A DNA stretch of 64,000 bases. Origin: Anaerolineales bacterium (GTDB lineage Bacteria > Chloroflexota > Anaerolineae > Anaerolineales > Villigracilaceae). The position numbers and the translations under genes are program-made. Positions within the stretch are counted from its first letter, which is position 1, and each line of letters opens with the position of its first letter. Shown here piece after piece: positions 1 to 9,561 of the stretch. Under the pieces are notes generated by a model. The model did no database searches. It was not told where the DNA came from and saw nothing but the letters and a program-made list of their open reading frames with translations. The DNA is taken from NCBI GenBank assembly GCA_021462845.1, contig JAJTXU010000001.1, positions 1,583 through 65,582 on the forward strand, read 5' to 3'.

Positions 1-1524
1 TTGTTCAATCACTTGCAACAGTTGTCGCTTTCGTATTACTCGCAAAACTCTGTCGGTCGCCTCATCGCGCGCGTCACATCGGATACGGGGCGTGTCTCGG
101 ACCTCGTCAGCTGGGGCATCGTGGACTCGACGTGGGCGGTGATGAATATCATCACCTCGTTGATCTTCATGGCGATCATCAACTGGAAACTGGCGTTGAT
201 CGTGTTCACCATCATCCCGATCATGATTTTCATCGCGGTCAAGTTCCGCCAGTTCATTCTGGTGGAGTATCGCGTCTCGCGGCGCACAAACTCGAAGATC
301 ACGGGCGCATTCAACGAAAACTTTCAAGGCGTGCGCGTGGTGAAGGCGCTCTTGCGCGAAGATGAAAACACAAAAGAATTTCAAGAGTTGACGACGACCA
401 TGTACAGATCATCGTATCGAGCCGCGTGGCTGTCGGCGCTCTTCCTCCCCACCGTGCAGATCATCGCCGCCCTCGCGCTCGGACTCATCGTCGGCTACGG
501 CGGACAGCAGATCACAGTCGGCGCGATGACCATCGGCGGGATTCAAGCCTTCGTGTCGTATCTCACGTTCATGATGTGGCCCGTGCAAGATCTGGCGCGC
601 GTCTACGCGGAGATGCAGCACTCCATCGCGTCGGCGGAGAGAATCTTCAAGTTGATAGACACCCCGCCCGAAGTCCACGATAGAAGCGACGCCGAAGAGG
701 CGAAAACGCTGATGGGCGAGATCGAATTCGACCGCGTGGATTTCTTCTACGAAGAACGCAAGCCCGTGCTGACCGATTTTTCGCTGAAGGTCAAAGCGGG
801 CGAGATGATCGCGCTCGTCGGTCCGACGGGCGGCGGGAAATCCACGATCGTGAATCTGTTGTGCCGCTTTTACGAGCCGCGCAAAGGGACGATCCGCATC
901 AATGGGCATGATTACATGGATTACACGCTCGAGTCCATCCACAACAAGATCGGGATCGTGTTGCAGACGCCGCATCTCTTCTCGGGCAGTGTGCGTGACA
1001 ACATCCGCTACGGACGGCTGAGCGCGACCGACGAGGAAGTGACCGAAGCCGCGAAGATCGCAGGCGCGCATGATTTCATCGTCACTCTCGAAAAGGGATA
1101 CGATCACAACGTCGGCGAAGGCGGCAACCTGCTCTCCGTTGGGCAGAAACAGTTGATCAGTCTGGCGCGAGCCGTGCTTGCCCGCCCCGAACTCTTCATC
1201 ATGGACGAAGCGACGTCATCAGTGGACACGCTCACCGAGGCGTTAATCCAAAGAGGCATGGAAGCGTTGATGCGCGGACGCACGTCGTTCGTCATCGCGC
1301 ACCGCCTCTCGACCATCCGCAAGGCGAATCGAATCGTCGTCATCGAAAATGGAAAGATCGCCGAGCAAGGCTCACACGCCGAACTGCTGAAATTGCGCGG
1401 ACATTACTATCGCCTGTACACGCAACAGTTCAGGCACGAGTTGGAAGAGCAGTATGGATTTGATGAAGCCGTGGGTATCTCGAAGACCTCCGAGGTCTCA
1501 GGCGAACCGATGGCGGCGGATTAG
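1..1524 (+). CDS. ABC transporter fused permease/ATP-binding protein (MsbA-like exporter), 5'-truncated by window edge
   Basis: TM helices followed by Walker A GPTGGGKST, signature LSVGQKQ, Walker B FIMDEATS and H-loop IAHRLSTI. Confidence 0.93.
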   Translation: MFNHLQQLSLSYYSQNSVGRLIARVTSDTGRVSDLVSWGIVDSTWAVMNIITSLIFMAIINWKLALIVFTIIPIMIFIAVKFRQFILVEYRVSRRTNSKITGAFNENFQGVRVVKALLREDENTKEFQELTTTMYRSSYRAAWLSALFLPTVQIIAALALGLIVGYGGQQITVGAMTIGGIQAFVSYLTFMMWPVQDLARVYAEMQHSIASAERIFKLIDTPPEVHDRSDAEEAKTLMGEIEFDRVDFFYEERKPVLTDFSLKVKAGEMIALVGPTGGGKSTIVNLLCRFYEPRKGTIRINGHDYMDYTLESIHNKIGIVLQTPHLFSGSVRDNIRYGRLSATDEEVTEAAKIAGAHDFIVTLEKGYDHNVGEGGNLLSVGQKQLISLARAVLARPELFIMDEATSSVDTLTEALIQRGMEALMRGRTSFVIAHRLSTIRKANRIVVIENGKIAEQGSHAELLKLRGHYYRLYTQQFRHELEEQYGFDEAVGISKTSEVSGEPMAAD

Positions 1525-1542
1525 CACAGGTTGCCTATAAGC

Positions 1543-1573
1543 AAAAAACAGCCCTTTTGCAGGGCTGTTTTTT
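1543..1573. terminator. Bidirectional intrinsic terminator
   Basis: AAAAAACAGCCCT-tttgc-AGGGCTGTTTTTT between convergent genes. Confidence 0.85.
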
Positions 1574-1599
1574 ATTGATCTAATTTGGTTTAGCGCTAC

Positions 1600-2124
1600 T
1601 TATGAGGGTTCCAACTCAAAGGAGGGATCGCCGTCTGTACAGCGCAGTTCCCAATTTTGTGGAAGATCCCAAGATGGGGTTTTGCTGGTGTCTTCATCAG
1701 AGTGCCAATGACCCCACGATTGGCCAGGGCCATGCCACCAGCCGTACACGTTGCAGGCAGAACCGGAGCCTTGAGCTCGATTGTCAATCGAAAATTCAGG
1801 CGTTTCATCGCAAAAAACTTTCAAGACCTTGGCCACATTAACATTCATGCGACCGTTTTCGACGCCGCAGGGAGTCGTCAAACTGTAGTCGTACTTCCCT
1901 TCCGGAACCGAGAGTACGCTCATGCCCGCCTCCGAAACGTTGAACCAGAACGAACCATTCTCGCCTGTCAAATGAAGCGACACCGACCCCGCAGTGTTGT
2001 TCATGAGGGTGACAGTCACATCCGCCGGTCCATTGGCGGCTTGAGCTGCGCCCGTCTGCGATACGGCAAAAACCGCCGTGAGGAACAGGATGGCGATCAT
2101 CCCAAGTGTGGTAATTTTTTTCAT
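1600..2124 (-). CDS. Secreted hypothetical protein (174 aa)
   Basis: AAGGAG RBS before ATG at 2124; signal peptide MKKITTLGMIAILFLTAVFAVSQTGAAQA; beta-rich mature part with Cys pairs. Confidence 0.75.
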   Translation of the reverse strand: MKKITTLGMIAILFLTAVFAVSQTGAAQAANGPADVTVTLMNNTAGSVSLHLTGENGSFWFNVSEAGMSVLSVPEGKYDYSLTTPCGVENGRMNVNVAKVLKVFCDETPEFSIDNRAQGSGSACNVYGWWHGPGQSWGHWHSDEDTSKTPSWDLPQNWELRCTDGDPSFELEPS

Positions 2125-2438
2125 ATTGATCTCCTTATTGTTTAGAATTAATTTGATAATTGACGTTATTTCCAGCCTGTGCTTCGAGAATAAATGTTGT
2201 ATCGCGAGGGTTGCCTCCATAGGTTGCGGGTGGTTTTGCCAGTTTGCTGATCTGATTACATATTCGCTATTCTATCGAATACTTGGCGTGGCGCGCCTTT
2301 CAAGCGCTTTGCGCGGGACAGACAATAATGTTGATGTTAAGTTTGCATAATCGTCGATTTTGAGAAATCAATCGCTGTAACTAAAACGATCGGGGGAATT
2401 CGGGTGAAGCTCGTTGGATTTGGAGATGGTTGCGCTTT

Positions 2439-2475
2439 AAAAAAATTACCCGCCGACTCAAAAGACGGCGGGTAA
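2439..2475 (-). terminator. Intrinsic terminator on the minus strand
   Basis: 10-bp stem TTACCCGCCG/CGGCGGGTAA followed on the minus strand by T7. Confidence 0.7.
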
Positions 2476-2590
2476 AAGGTAACAGTCATCTTCAAAATGA
2501 TTGTCACCTGAATTCCTTGCGCCTCCCGTTGCGTAATAAAATGCCGCGTCGACTTAACCGCAGCCTCATAAGTAGTTTAGACAGGAGAGA

Positions 2591-2619
2591 TTGATTTGTA
2601 CACGCAACGGGTGTATAGT
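2591..2619 (+). promoter_or_regulatory. Putative sigma70 promoter for the 2665 gene
   Basis: TTGATT-N17-TATAGT. Confidence 0.45.
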
Positions 2620-2664
2620 CTCAGCCAAGCCTATTGTCCAGATGAAAAAACGGGAGCGTGAAAC

Positions 2665-4275
2665 GTGGGAAGTGAATATTGTCAATGCAACCCCAAAGAC
2701 ATAGTTCCAGCCAAGCATTTTTACGCAAAGGGCAAAGTTGACGTTTTTATGGTCGTCAGCCTCAGCGACTACCTAACCCCCGAAACAAGAGAAAATCTGG
2801 ATAGGCTGCGTGGCGGGCGCGGATTTGCGGAGGCAATCAAAAACCTCGAACCTGCCAATTACTTTGTCCGAGACCGCGATGAGGATAAGATATTGGATAG
2901 CGGCCATGATTTCCAGGTCTTTCGTCGTCACTTGATCAAAGACTGGTTTTTCACCACATATTATTTTCAGAAAGAACTGGTTGGGGTTCCCGACGACCCT
3001 CAATTGAAAGCCGCGTTGAATGAGTATGAGGTCCGTATACGGTTTTCTCGCTCTGGCTTCCTTGAAATCAAGATCACCAAACCGACCAAAAAAGATGGGG
3101 AAAAACTAATAGAGATACTTCGCGATTTAATGGAACTGCGGCTTGCCAATAAAGGGAATTCATCCGACGATCATTCCACAATGCTCAAGTTAAGCCTGTT
3201 CTGCGCGGATAAGTTTATCGAGAATTTTTCACAAGAGATTTGGGTAAACGAAGGATCTGAACCAGTAAAATTTGCCCTGCAACCTTTAGGATCCGACCCT
3301 GCCCCTCCGCCATACCGCCAGCGATATATCACGCTTTTCCTGGAGGAGATATACTGCAAGAACTGCGGGAACAAACGAATCGAAGCCGACAAATTGCGGC
3401 AGGATCACATGGGAGTTCTCGCCGCCGTTGTCGAAGGCGTTCTTGTTCAGGATGAAAACAACGAACTCAACTTCCCGGTGATAGACGAAGAATCGAGCAA
3501 AAAGATCGTAGACCTTGCCAGTTGGAAAAACGATTTGTGTATTTTTGCTCCCGAACGCGCGCTGATCTACTTTCCCCACCAAAAAATATTCATCTCGGGC
3601 CGCGATAAGACCAGGGACGTTGATTATAAATACTATTGGGAATGTATCAGCCGCGGGATCGAACACACGGTGGTCATCAGAACAGCCTTACAGAGCATTG
3701 CCTTCTCGACCACCGAAATTCTGGAAAATGTGCCGCGCCTTACCGAGAAAGTGGTGGACGGCGAAATTTCAAAAGAAGATACGCAAGACATCCTGCGCAT
3801 GGCGCGGTTGTTCTCGTACTCGTTTAAAACACTTCCGTTCCTGCGCGACATTCTTGTCCCCTCCTCCTCGTTTCGCGCAAGCTACGCTGTAAATAAGTTT
3901 GAGTACTTAAATGAAGTTTTGCACATCGAAGAAGTCAAAGACTACGTCGAACGAAACGTGGACGAATTGGTCAGCTTTGTCCAATTCTTTTCGAGCATGG
4001 AAGTGCAGCATGAATTAAATCAAAGCCAAATGGCGATCGACCGGGCGGGCTTTATTATCACCATTGCGGCATTGTTTATCGCCGCGCCGTCGTTTCTTGT
4101 GGATTTTATTGGATTCCCCGGAGTGAACAATCCGTGGGGGAACTATCAATTATGGCTCGCCATCCTGATTCTCGTCGTCATCGGCTTCATTCTCAGAATA
4201 TATTTCAAAGAACAGATCAAAGAAACGTTCAAGATGATTCGCGATAATTTTCAAAAAACCCCACCGAACAAATAG
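2665..4275 (+). CDS. Hypothetical membrane protein with CorA-like architecture (large soluble domain, helical stalk, two C-terminal TM helices)
   Basis: 536-aa ORF with GGGAG before GTG; hydrophobic segments AGFIITIAALFIAAPSFLV and LWLAILILVVIGFILRIYF; no GMN motif. Confidence 0.75.
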   Translation: MGSEYCQCNPKDIVPAKHFYAKGKVDVFMVVSLSDYLTPETRENLDRLRGGRGFAEAIKNLEPANYFVRDRDEDKILDSGHDFQVFRRHLIKDWFFTTYYFQKELVGVPDDPQLKAALNEYEVRIRFSRSGFLEIKITKPTKKDGEKLIEILRDLMELRLANKGNSSDDHSTMLKLSLFCADKFIENFSQEIWVNEGSEPVKFALQPLGSDPAPPPYRQRYITLFLEEIYCKNCGNKRIEADKLRQDHMGVLAAVVEGVLVQDENNELNFPVIDEESSKKIVDLASWKNDLCIFAPERALIYFPHQKIFISGRDKTRDVDYKYYWECISRGIEHTVVIRTALQSIAFSTTEILENVPRLTEKVVDGEISKEDTQDILRMARLFSYSFKTLPFLRDILVPSSSFRASYAVNKFEYLNEVLHIEEVKDYVERNVDELVSFVQFFSSMEVQHELNQSQMAIDRAGFIITIAALFIAAPSFLVDFIGFPGVNNPWGNYQLWLAILILVVIGFILRIYFKEQIKETFKMIRDNFQKTPPNK

Positions 4276-4298
4276 CATGGGAGCCATCCATGAGATTT

Positions 4299-4403
4299 TC
4301 AATTCCTCCTATACGGTCTGAAGTATTCCACCGTAAACTGCCCCACCAGCCAGAAAAACCCTGCGGCGACGGCAACGACGAGTGTTTTTAGCAACAGCAA
4401 CAT
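4299..4403 (-). CDS. Small single-pass membrane protein (34 aa)
   Basis: AAGGAG 6 nt before ATG; MLLLLKTLVVAVAAGFFWLVGQFTVEYFRPYRRN has one TM and a basic tail. Confidence 0.5.
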   Translation of the reverse strand: MLLLLKTLVVAVAAGFFWLVGQFTVEYFRPYRRN

Positions 4404-4550
4404 GATGTTCTCCTTATGTCTTGGGCAACGGGTCGCTGCAAACATGACGGAGCGACAACGAAAAGATACAGTTGCAAACTTACAAATCCGCAGAGACTCG
4501 TCGCGCAGTATAATGGACATGCACGCCAAACTTACTTCGAGGAGATTCAA

Positions 4551-4775
4551 ATGGCTTACACATTGGATACCAAAGTCGGTGAAATCTTGAAAGACACGGG
4601 AGCGGTGAAAGTCCTGGAGAAGTACGCGCCAGGTATCTCCAAAAATCCCATGATCGGGCTGGCAAAGGGCATGACCCTCAAAACCGTGATCGCCATGCCG
4701 CAAGCGAAAGACGCAGGGCTTACCGAGGAAATGGTTAAAAAGGTTCTGGCAGAGATCAACGCGCTAAAAAAATAG
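4551..4775 (+). CDS. Small hypothetical helical protein (74 aa, possibly DUF1858-like)
   Basis: GGAG RBS, ATG at 4551 (MAYTLDTKVGEILKD), followed by a terminator. Confidence 0.75.
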   Translation: MAYTLDTKVGEILKDTGAVKVLEKYAPGISKNPMIGLAKGMTLKTVIAMPQAKDAGLTEEMVKKVLAEINALKK

Positions 4776-4778
4776 CAC

Positions 4779-4818
4779 AAAAAAAATCGGCAGATCTTTT
4801 GGTTCTGCCGATTTTTTT
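4779..4818. terminator. Bidirectional intrinsic terminator
   Basis: AAAAAAATCGGCAGA...TCTGCCGATTTTTTT. Confidence 0.8.
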
Positions 4819-4846
4819 ATTAGACCTCTTGCAGGAATACTTCTTT

Positions 4847-4870
4847 GCCACGGATTTACAAATCCGTGGC
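4847..4870. repeat. Short palindrome GCCACGGATT-taca-AATCCGTGGC
   Basis: Perfect 10-bp inverted repeat; related CACGGATTT motif near 45670. Confidence 0.6.
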
Positions 4871-4891
4871 TGAAAAGACCACAAGGTATGT

Positions 4892-5668
4892 CTAATGCGC
4901 GCGCTGTCTCACCGCTTCATACACGATCAACGCCGTCGAAACCGACACGTTCAACGAATTCACTTTCCCCATCATCGGGATTTTCACTTTCACGTCCGCG
5001 TTCGCCATCCAAAAATCCGACAAGCCTTCATCCTCTGTCCCAACGACGACGGCAACGGGACTCTTCAGATCCACGTCGGAATACATTTCATTCGCAGATG
5101 GACTCGCGGCGGCGACGCGCATCGCTCCGCCGTTCAGCCACTTCAACGCCTCAACATTCGCGCAAGCGACGGTTGGCACGCTAAACACCGCGCCTCGACT
5201 CGCCCGCACCACGTTGGGATTCCACACATCCACACGCGCATCACTAACAATAAGAGCGTCCACGCCTGCCGCATCTGCGGTCCGCAAGATCGCGCCGAGG
5301 TTGCCGGGCTTCTCAATTGATTCAGCCACAATAACGAGCGGATTCGCGCTCAACTTCAAATCATCGAGAGATGCGTTGGGAATCGGAAAGATCGCCATCC
5401 ACCCATCGGGGTTTTCACGATACGAAATCTTCTCGAACACCGCGCGCGAGACGGTCAGCGTTTCAATGGACGAATCGGTCAACGAGCGCGAGGCAAGCTC
5501 AGGTCCGAAGAGAATCGTCTGCGGGGTGTGTCCAGCCGCGCGGGCGAGTTGGATCTCGTCGAATCCCTCCACCAGCATCAAGCCGTCTTCGTTGCGAGTC
5601 TTTTTATCGTCGCGCAGTTTGACGATATGTTTGACGCGCGGATTTTGCAGGCTGGTGATGTCCATCAA
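4892..5668 (-). CDS. TrmH/SpoU family RNA methyltransferase
   Basis: ITSLQNPRVK N-terminus, EKPGNLGAILRTADAAG, VGTEDEGLS, SLNVSVS motifs. Confidence 0.93.
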   Translation of the reverse strand: MMDITSLQNPRVKHIVKLRDDKKTRNEDGLMLVEGFDEIQLARAAGHTPQTILFGPELASRSLTDSSIETLTVSRAVFEKISYRENPDGWMAIFPIPNASLDDLKLSANPLVIVAESIEKPGNLGAILRTADAAGVDALIVSDARVDVWNPNVVRASRGAVFSVPTVACANVEALKWLNGGAMRVAAASPSANEMYSDVDLKSPVAVVVGTEDEGLSDFWMANADVKVKIPMMGKVNSLNVSVSTALIVYEAVRQRAH

Positions 5669-6468
5669 CCGCCTGTTCCCTGTTTGCGAAACACAAACAA
5701 CAGCGGAATGCCCACGCCGAGATACGCGCCAAAATAGAGCAAGCCGCCGGGCTTGGAGGCGAAGTCGAATAAGCGGATGTAGACGAATGCCGCGAAGGTG
5801 ATGAAAACGATCAGCCCGTAGGACGCGATGGAATGAGTGAGGATGGCTTTGATACTGCGATCTCGCAAAAACGATACGACGCTCAGCGCGATCGAAAGAT
5901 AGAACACGCCGAAACTTCGCAACGTGAACAGCGACATCACCTCAGGGAAAATGCCGCCGTTCGTGCCGGGCGCGCCGATCTTAGCGAGGCAACCGTATAA
6001 GCCGAGGAAGCCGACGAAGACGATAAATATAATAAGCATCGTATATTGCTTTGCGCTTGTTTGTTCTCCGCCCGTTTCTACCTGCGGCTTTGCGCGAAGC
6101 CAGAACAAAAGCGTCACCCATGAAGCGGCGAGGTTAACGATCAGCGTCAGCAAATACAGCCACGCAACGGGATGATCTAATTTGAGTTTATCGCGGAAAA
6201 AATATACGACGAGGAGTTCGCCAACGCCGAAGAGTCCCAAATACAACAAGGACGAATAAACGCGGCTCCAATTCCAGCGGCGGGCGGCGATGAACGCCAG
6301 CCACGCATTGCCCAAACACCAACCGCCGATGGTCATGGTCATAAAGGCGGTCACTTTCCATGCGAAGACCGGCGCGAGCGTTTCGGGCATGATGAACAAC
6401 AACACGCCGAGAATTGCATACAGCGTGGCGGTTAAATACGTGAGGGCGCGAGATACGGTTGATAACAT
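5665..6468 (-). CDS. Multi-pass membrane hypothetical protein
   Basis: GAGGAG RBS before ATG at 6468; about 8 hydrophobic helices; overlaps the TrmH start (ATGA). Confidence 0.75.
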   Translation of the reverse strand: MLSTVSRALTYLTATLYAILGVLLFIMPETLAPVFAWKVTAFMTMTIGGWCLGNAWLAFIAARRWNWSRVYSSLLYLGLFGVGELLVVYFFRDKLKLDHPVAWLYLLTLIVNLAASWVTLLFWLRAKPQVETGGEQTSAKQYTMLIIFIVFVGFLGLYGCLAKIGAPGTNGGIFPEVMSLFTLRSFGVFYLSIALSVVSFLRDRSIKAILTHSIASYGLIVFITFAAFVYIRLFDFASKPGGLLYFGAYLGVGIPLLFVFRKQGTGG

Positions 6469-6505
6469 GGAAGTCTCCTCGATATTAGACTCTATCGGAA
6501 ATAAA

Positions 6506-6582
6506 ATCGGGACGCAGATAAACGCTGATGTACGCTGATTCAAAAAGAGAAAATCTGCGTTTTCTGCGTTCGTCAGCGTCCA
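6506..6582. repeat. GGGACGCWGA...CAGCGTCCA miniature inverted-repeat element, copy 1
   Basis: Near-identical to the reverse complement of 15721-15823. Confidence 0.75.
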
Positions 6583-6616
6583 ACGTAGGTTTTCGGCTTA
6601 TTGCCGACAAAGTCTA

Positions 6617-7621
6617 TTATTTCGTCAGAAGCAAGCAAGCCGCCTGGTGCCCCGCCGATAATTCGATCAACTGCGGATCGTTCACTTTGCAAATGTCAAT
6701 CGCCACCGGGCAACGCGGATGAAAACGACAACCCGTCGGCAAGTTGATCGGGTTCGGCGTCTCGCCCTGAAGTATTACCCGCTCGCGCCGCAATCGCGGA
6801 TTTGGGACAGGCGCAACGGAGATCAACGCTTTCGTGTACGGATGCTGTGGACTTTTCAATACCTCGCGCGCGGGTCCGATCTCCACGATGCGACCGAGAT
6901 ACATCACCGCGATTCGATCCGCAAAGTATGCGACCGTGCTGAGGTCGTGCGTGATGAAGACGATGCTGATGCCGCGCCTCTGGCGAAGATCGCGCAGTAA
7001 ATTGAGAATCTCCGCGCGGATGGACACGTCAAGCATCGAGACTGGCTCGTCCGCGATCAACAACTCCGGTTGCAACACCATCGCGCTGGCGATCACCACG
7101 CGCTGACGTTGTCCGCCGGAGAGTTCGTGCGGATAGCGCATAAAATAATCTTCGGCGGGACGCAAGCCCGCATCCTCCAACGCAGATTTGACGGCGGCGA
7201 TTCTCTCGCGTCTGTCTTTGATCATCCCGTGAACGACCAACGGTTCGGCGACAATTTCAAAGATCGTCGCGCGCGGGTTCAACGATTCGTACGGGTCTTG
7301 AAAGATCATTTGGGCGCGTTGCCGCAATTGCTTCAAACTGATGTGCGGTTGCTTTGCGCGCGCGCCGACCGCTTTTCCATCGAAGACGATCTCTCCATTG
7401 GTCGGCGTTTCCAGCCCGATCAACGTCCGCGCGATGGTCGTCTTGCCGCACCCCGATTCGCCGACCACCGCCAACACTTCGCCATGTCCCAACGCAAACG
7501 AAACATCATCCACCGCTTTCACTGACGAGTGGGCGCGGCGCGTCAACGAGCCAAGGAGAGCCTGATGCACCGGGAAATATTTGAACAGTCCGCGCACTTC
7601 GAGCATGGGAGTCTGGGTCAT
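6617..7621 (-). CDS. oppF: Oligopeptide/dipeptide ABC transporter ATP-binding protein (OppF/DppF-like)
   Basis: GESGCGKTT, LSGGQRQR, IADEPVS, C-terminal PTGCRFHPRCP...ACL. Confidence 0.92.
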   Translation of the reverse strand: MTQTPMLEVRGLFKYFPVHQALLGSLTRRAHSSVKAVDDVSFALGHGEVLAVVGESGCGKTTIARTLIGLETPTNGEIVFDGKAVGARAKQPHISLKQLRQRAQMIFQDPYESLNPRATIFEIVAEPLVVHGMIKDRRERIAAVKSALEDAGLRPAEDYFMRYPHELSGGQRQRVVIASAMVLQPELLIADEPVSMLDVSIRAEILNLLRDLRQRRGISIVFITHDLSTVAYFADRIAVMYLGRIVEIGPAREVLKSPQHPYTKALISVAPVPNPRLRRERVILQGETPNPINLPTGCRFHPRCPVAIDICKVNDPQLIELSAGHQAACLLLTK

Positions 7622-8604
7622 CGCAGGTCAGCCTCCGCGCCCTCGCGCAAAATGCACGAGACGTAATGTTTGGGAGATACTTCAAGCAACGGAGGATTGA
7701 CCTGTGAACATTTTGCGACCTTCACATGACAACGCGGCTCGAAGCGGCAACCCGGCGGAAGGTTGGTCAATCGCGGCGGCGTTCCGGGAATGGATGCCAG
7801 CGTGTCGCCGGGCTTGGTCACATCGGGAAAAGCCTCAAGGAGTTTTTGTGTGTAGGGATGTTGCGCCTCGTTGTAAATGTGATCCGCCGTTCCATATTCG
7901 GCGACCTTGCCGCCATACATCACCACAACCGAGTCACAAACTTCTGCCACCACGCCAAGATCGTGAGTCACCAACACGATCGCAAGCCCCAGCGCCTTTT
8001 GAATTTCTTTCAAGAGTTGTAGAACCTGCGCCTGGATCATCACATCCAACGCGGTGGTCGGCTCGTCGGCGAACAACAGATCGGGCGCGCACGCCAACGC
8101 CATGGCGATCATCGCGCGTTGGCGCATCCCGCCCGAATATTGATGCGGATACTGGTCGCGCCGCGTCCGCGCAATGCCTACCATTTCCAATAAATCCCTC
8201 ACGCGTTTTTCTGCCGCGTCTTCGTCCATCAAATTATGAAGCATGATCGCTTCGTGGATCTGGTCGCCCACCTTCATCACCGGGTTCAGCGCGTTCATCG
8301 CGCCTTGAAACACGATCGCCATGCTCTTCCAGCGATAGTCGCGCATCTCGCGTTCGGTCAGCGACAATAAATTTGTGTCGTTGAACATCACCCTGCCCGC
8401 CGTAATTCTGCCGCCCGCGGGAAGCAAACGCATCAACGACATGAGCGTGGTCGTCTTCCCCGAGCCCGATTCGCCGACCAGCCCGATCGTCTGCCCGTGC
8501 ATCACGTCGAACGACACGTCTTCCAACGCGCGCGCGATCTTGCCCTCCGGCGTGGTGAATTCTGTCGTCAGTCCGCGCACGCTCAACAACGGTTTTTCGC
8601 TCAT
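7618..8604 (-). CDS. oppD: Oligopeptide/dipeptide ABC transporter ATP-binding protein (OppD/DppD-like)
   Basis: [36 protein letters not shown]. Confidence 0.92.
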   Translation of the reverse strand: MSEKPLLSVRGLTTEFTTPEGKIARALEDVSFDVMHGQTIGLVGESGSGKTTTLMSLMRLLPAGGRITAGRVMFNDTNLLSLTEREMRDYRWKSMAIVFQGAMNALNPVMKVGDQIHEAIMLHNLMDEDAAEKRVRDLLEMVGIARTRRDQYPHQYSGGMRQRAMIAMALACAPDLLFADEPTTALDVMIQAQVLQLLKEIQKALGLAIVLVTHDLGVVAEVCDSVVVMYGGKVAEYGTADHIYNEAQHPYTQKLLEAFPDVTKPGDTLASIPGTPPRLTNLPPGCRFEPRCHVKVAKCSQVNPPLLEVSPKHYVSCILREGAEADLR

Positions 8605-9560
8605 CCTTTAGACTCCGCTTCCGCGATTGCGATCATGCCCGCCTCGCCTTCCAGATGATGCGCCGTCAATCGCGGGTTCAACATTTCTTCCAATACGTTC
8701 CCCAGCAGGATGCACCCCAAACTCACCCACAGGATGGCGATGCCGGGCGGGAGGTAAAACCACCACGCGCCATTGGATATCGCGCTTCGGTCGAACGCAA
8801 AGTTCAACATCGTTCCCCACGACGGGCGAGTTGGGTCGCCCAACCCTAGAAACGCCAAACCTGATTCGATCAGGATGGCTGTGGAGAGGATCAGCACAGT
8901 GTTCGTCACGATCAATGGCATCAACTGCGGCAAGATGTGTTTGCGGATGATGTGCCAATGTCCCGCCCCGATGGCGCGCGCGCGGGCGACGAACTGCCGC
9001 TCTTTCACGGTCAACACTTGCGAGCGGATCAGGCGGGCGGTGCTGGTCCAATACAATAACCCGATCACGATGATCAACACAACGAGCGGAGAAATTTTCA
9101 ATTCCATTTGGCGGATGGTCGCCACCAGCACAAGCATGAGAGGCAGGTCGGGAATCACGAGAAGCACGTCGGTGATCCGCATGATGAGGCTGTCTATTTT
9201 CCCGCCGAAGTAGCCCGCCACAATTCCCAACGCGCTGCCCACGAACATGGCAATGAAGCCCGCCATGAATCCCACCACGAGCGAGATGCGCGCGCCGTAC
9301 ACAAGCTGAGACCAAACATCATGCCCCGCATCGTCTGTGCCGAGAATGCCGTGAACGGATGGCGGCGCGAACGTCAACGCGCGGTTGTTGGAGTCGCGTA
9401 TGATCTCGCTGGCATCGTAGGAGGTCAACGCTGGCGCGAAGATCGCCGTCAACGTCGCCACTAACACCAAAAAGCCGCCCACCATCCCTAATTTATTTTG
9501 GCGGAACGTCCTCCAAAATTCTTGGATGTTGCGCAGGAAGAGAGTCCAGTGTTCGCCCAT
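8601..9560 (-). CDS. oppC: Peptide ABC transporter permease (OppC/DppC-like)
   Basis: LGTDDAGHDVWSQLVYGARISL, EAA-loop ARARAIGAG, WWFYLPPG. Confidence 0.92.
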   Translation of the reverse strand: MGEHWTLFLRNIQEFWRTFRQNKLGMVGGFLVLVATLTAIFAPALTSYDASEIIRDSNNRALTFAPPSVHGILGTDDAGHDVWSQLVYGARISLVVGFMAGFIAMFVGSALGIVAGYFGGKIDSLIMRITDVLLVIPDLPLMLVLVATIRQMELKISPLVVLIIVIGLLYWTSTARLIRSQVLTVKERQFVARARAIGAGHWHIIRKHILPQLMPLIVTNTVLILSTAILIESGLAFLGLGDPTRPSWGTMLNFAFDRSAISNGAWWFYLPPGIAILWVSLGCILLGNVLEEMLNPRLTAHHLEGEAGMIAIAEAESKG

Positions 9561-9561
9561 G

